From positions 1-61,796 of the forward strand of contig JBFHWF010000006.1 of assembly GCA_041589175.1 (NCBI GenBank): DNA of 61,796 nucleotides, written 5' to 3'. The stretch comes from Gammaproteobacteria bacterium. Its GTDB lineage: Bacteria > Pseudomonadota > Gammaproteobacteria > SZUA-229. Under the pieces are notes generated by a model that was not told the DNA's origin, did no database searches, and saw only the letters and a program-made list of their open reading frames with translations. The translations under genes were made by a program, and so were the position numbers. Positions 61,754-61,796 of this stretch are shown one piece after another. Position 1 is the first letter of the stretch, and each line of letters starts with the position of its first letter.

Positions 61754-61796
61754 CTACAGGCGCATCGGCATAATGACGTATTTAGCATCTGGTTCA
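61754..61796 (-). CDS. dnaN: DNA polymerase III beta clamp, 3' end only (partial)
   Basis: Minus strand reads EPDAKYVIMPMRL*, the canonical DnaN C-terminus, directly upstream of recF. Confidence 0.93.
   Translation of the reverse strand, partial: EPDAKYVIMPMRL

Overview
Origin-proximal chromosomal region of a gammaproteobacterium. The right edge holds the 3' end of dnaN, then recF and gyrB on the minus strand, with two perfect parS palindromes inside recF. The core backbone includes ctpA-envC, arsR-rhodanese-grxC-trxC-secB-gpsA, trmL, uvrD, polA-engB-cytochrome c4-dsbA-DGC and prlC. Accessory blocks are: (i) a redox block between gpsA and trmL (diheme cytochrome c peroxidase with FNR- and OxyR-like sites, membrane LuxR-HTH regulator and cytochrome b, a Cache-like membrane protein with a sigma-54 promoter, and a PAS-PAS-GGDEF protein); (ii) an 11-gene MSHA/T2SS-like type IV filament cluster headed by a sigma-54 activator, with a large minor pilin carrying an 8-Cys, Gly/Lys-rich insert; (iii) two TRAP systems, one a TatT-type (TPAT) system coupled to oligopeptidase A in an AT-rich segment; (iv) an LPP20 lipoprotein plus a transglutaminase-like protein; (v) an orphan PstS-like protein. 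The strongest unannotated signal is a candidate ~120-140 nt sRNA between polA and engB with three UCCC-loop hairpins. I saw no CRISPR array, rRNA, tRNA, transposase or integrase. All calls come from motif recognition by eye; no database searches were run.
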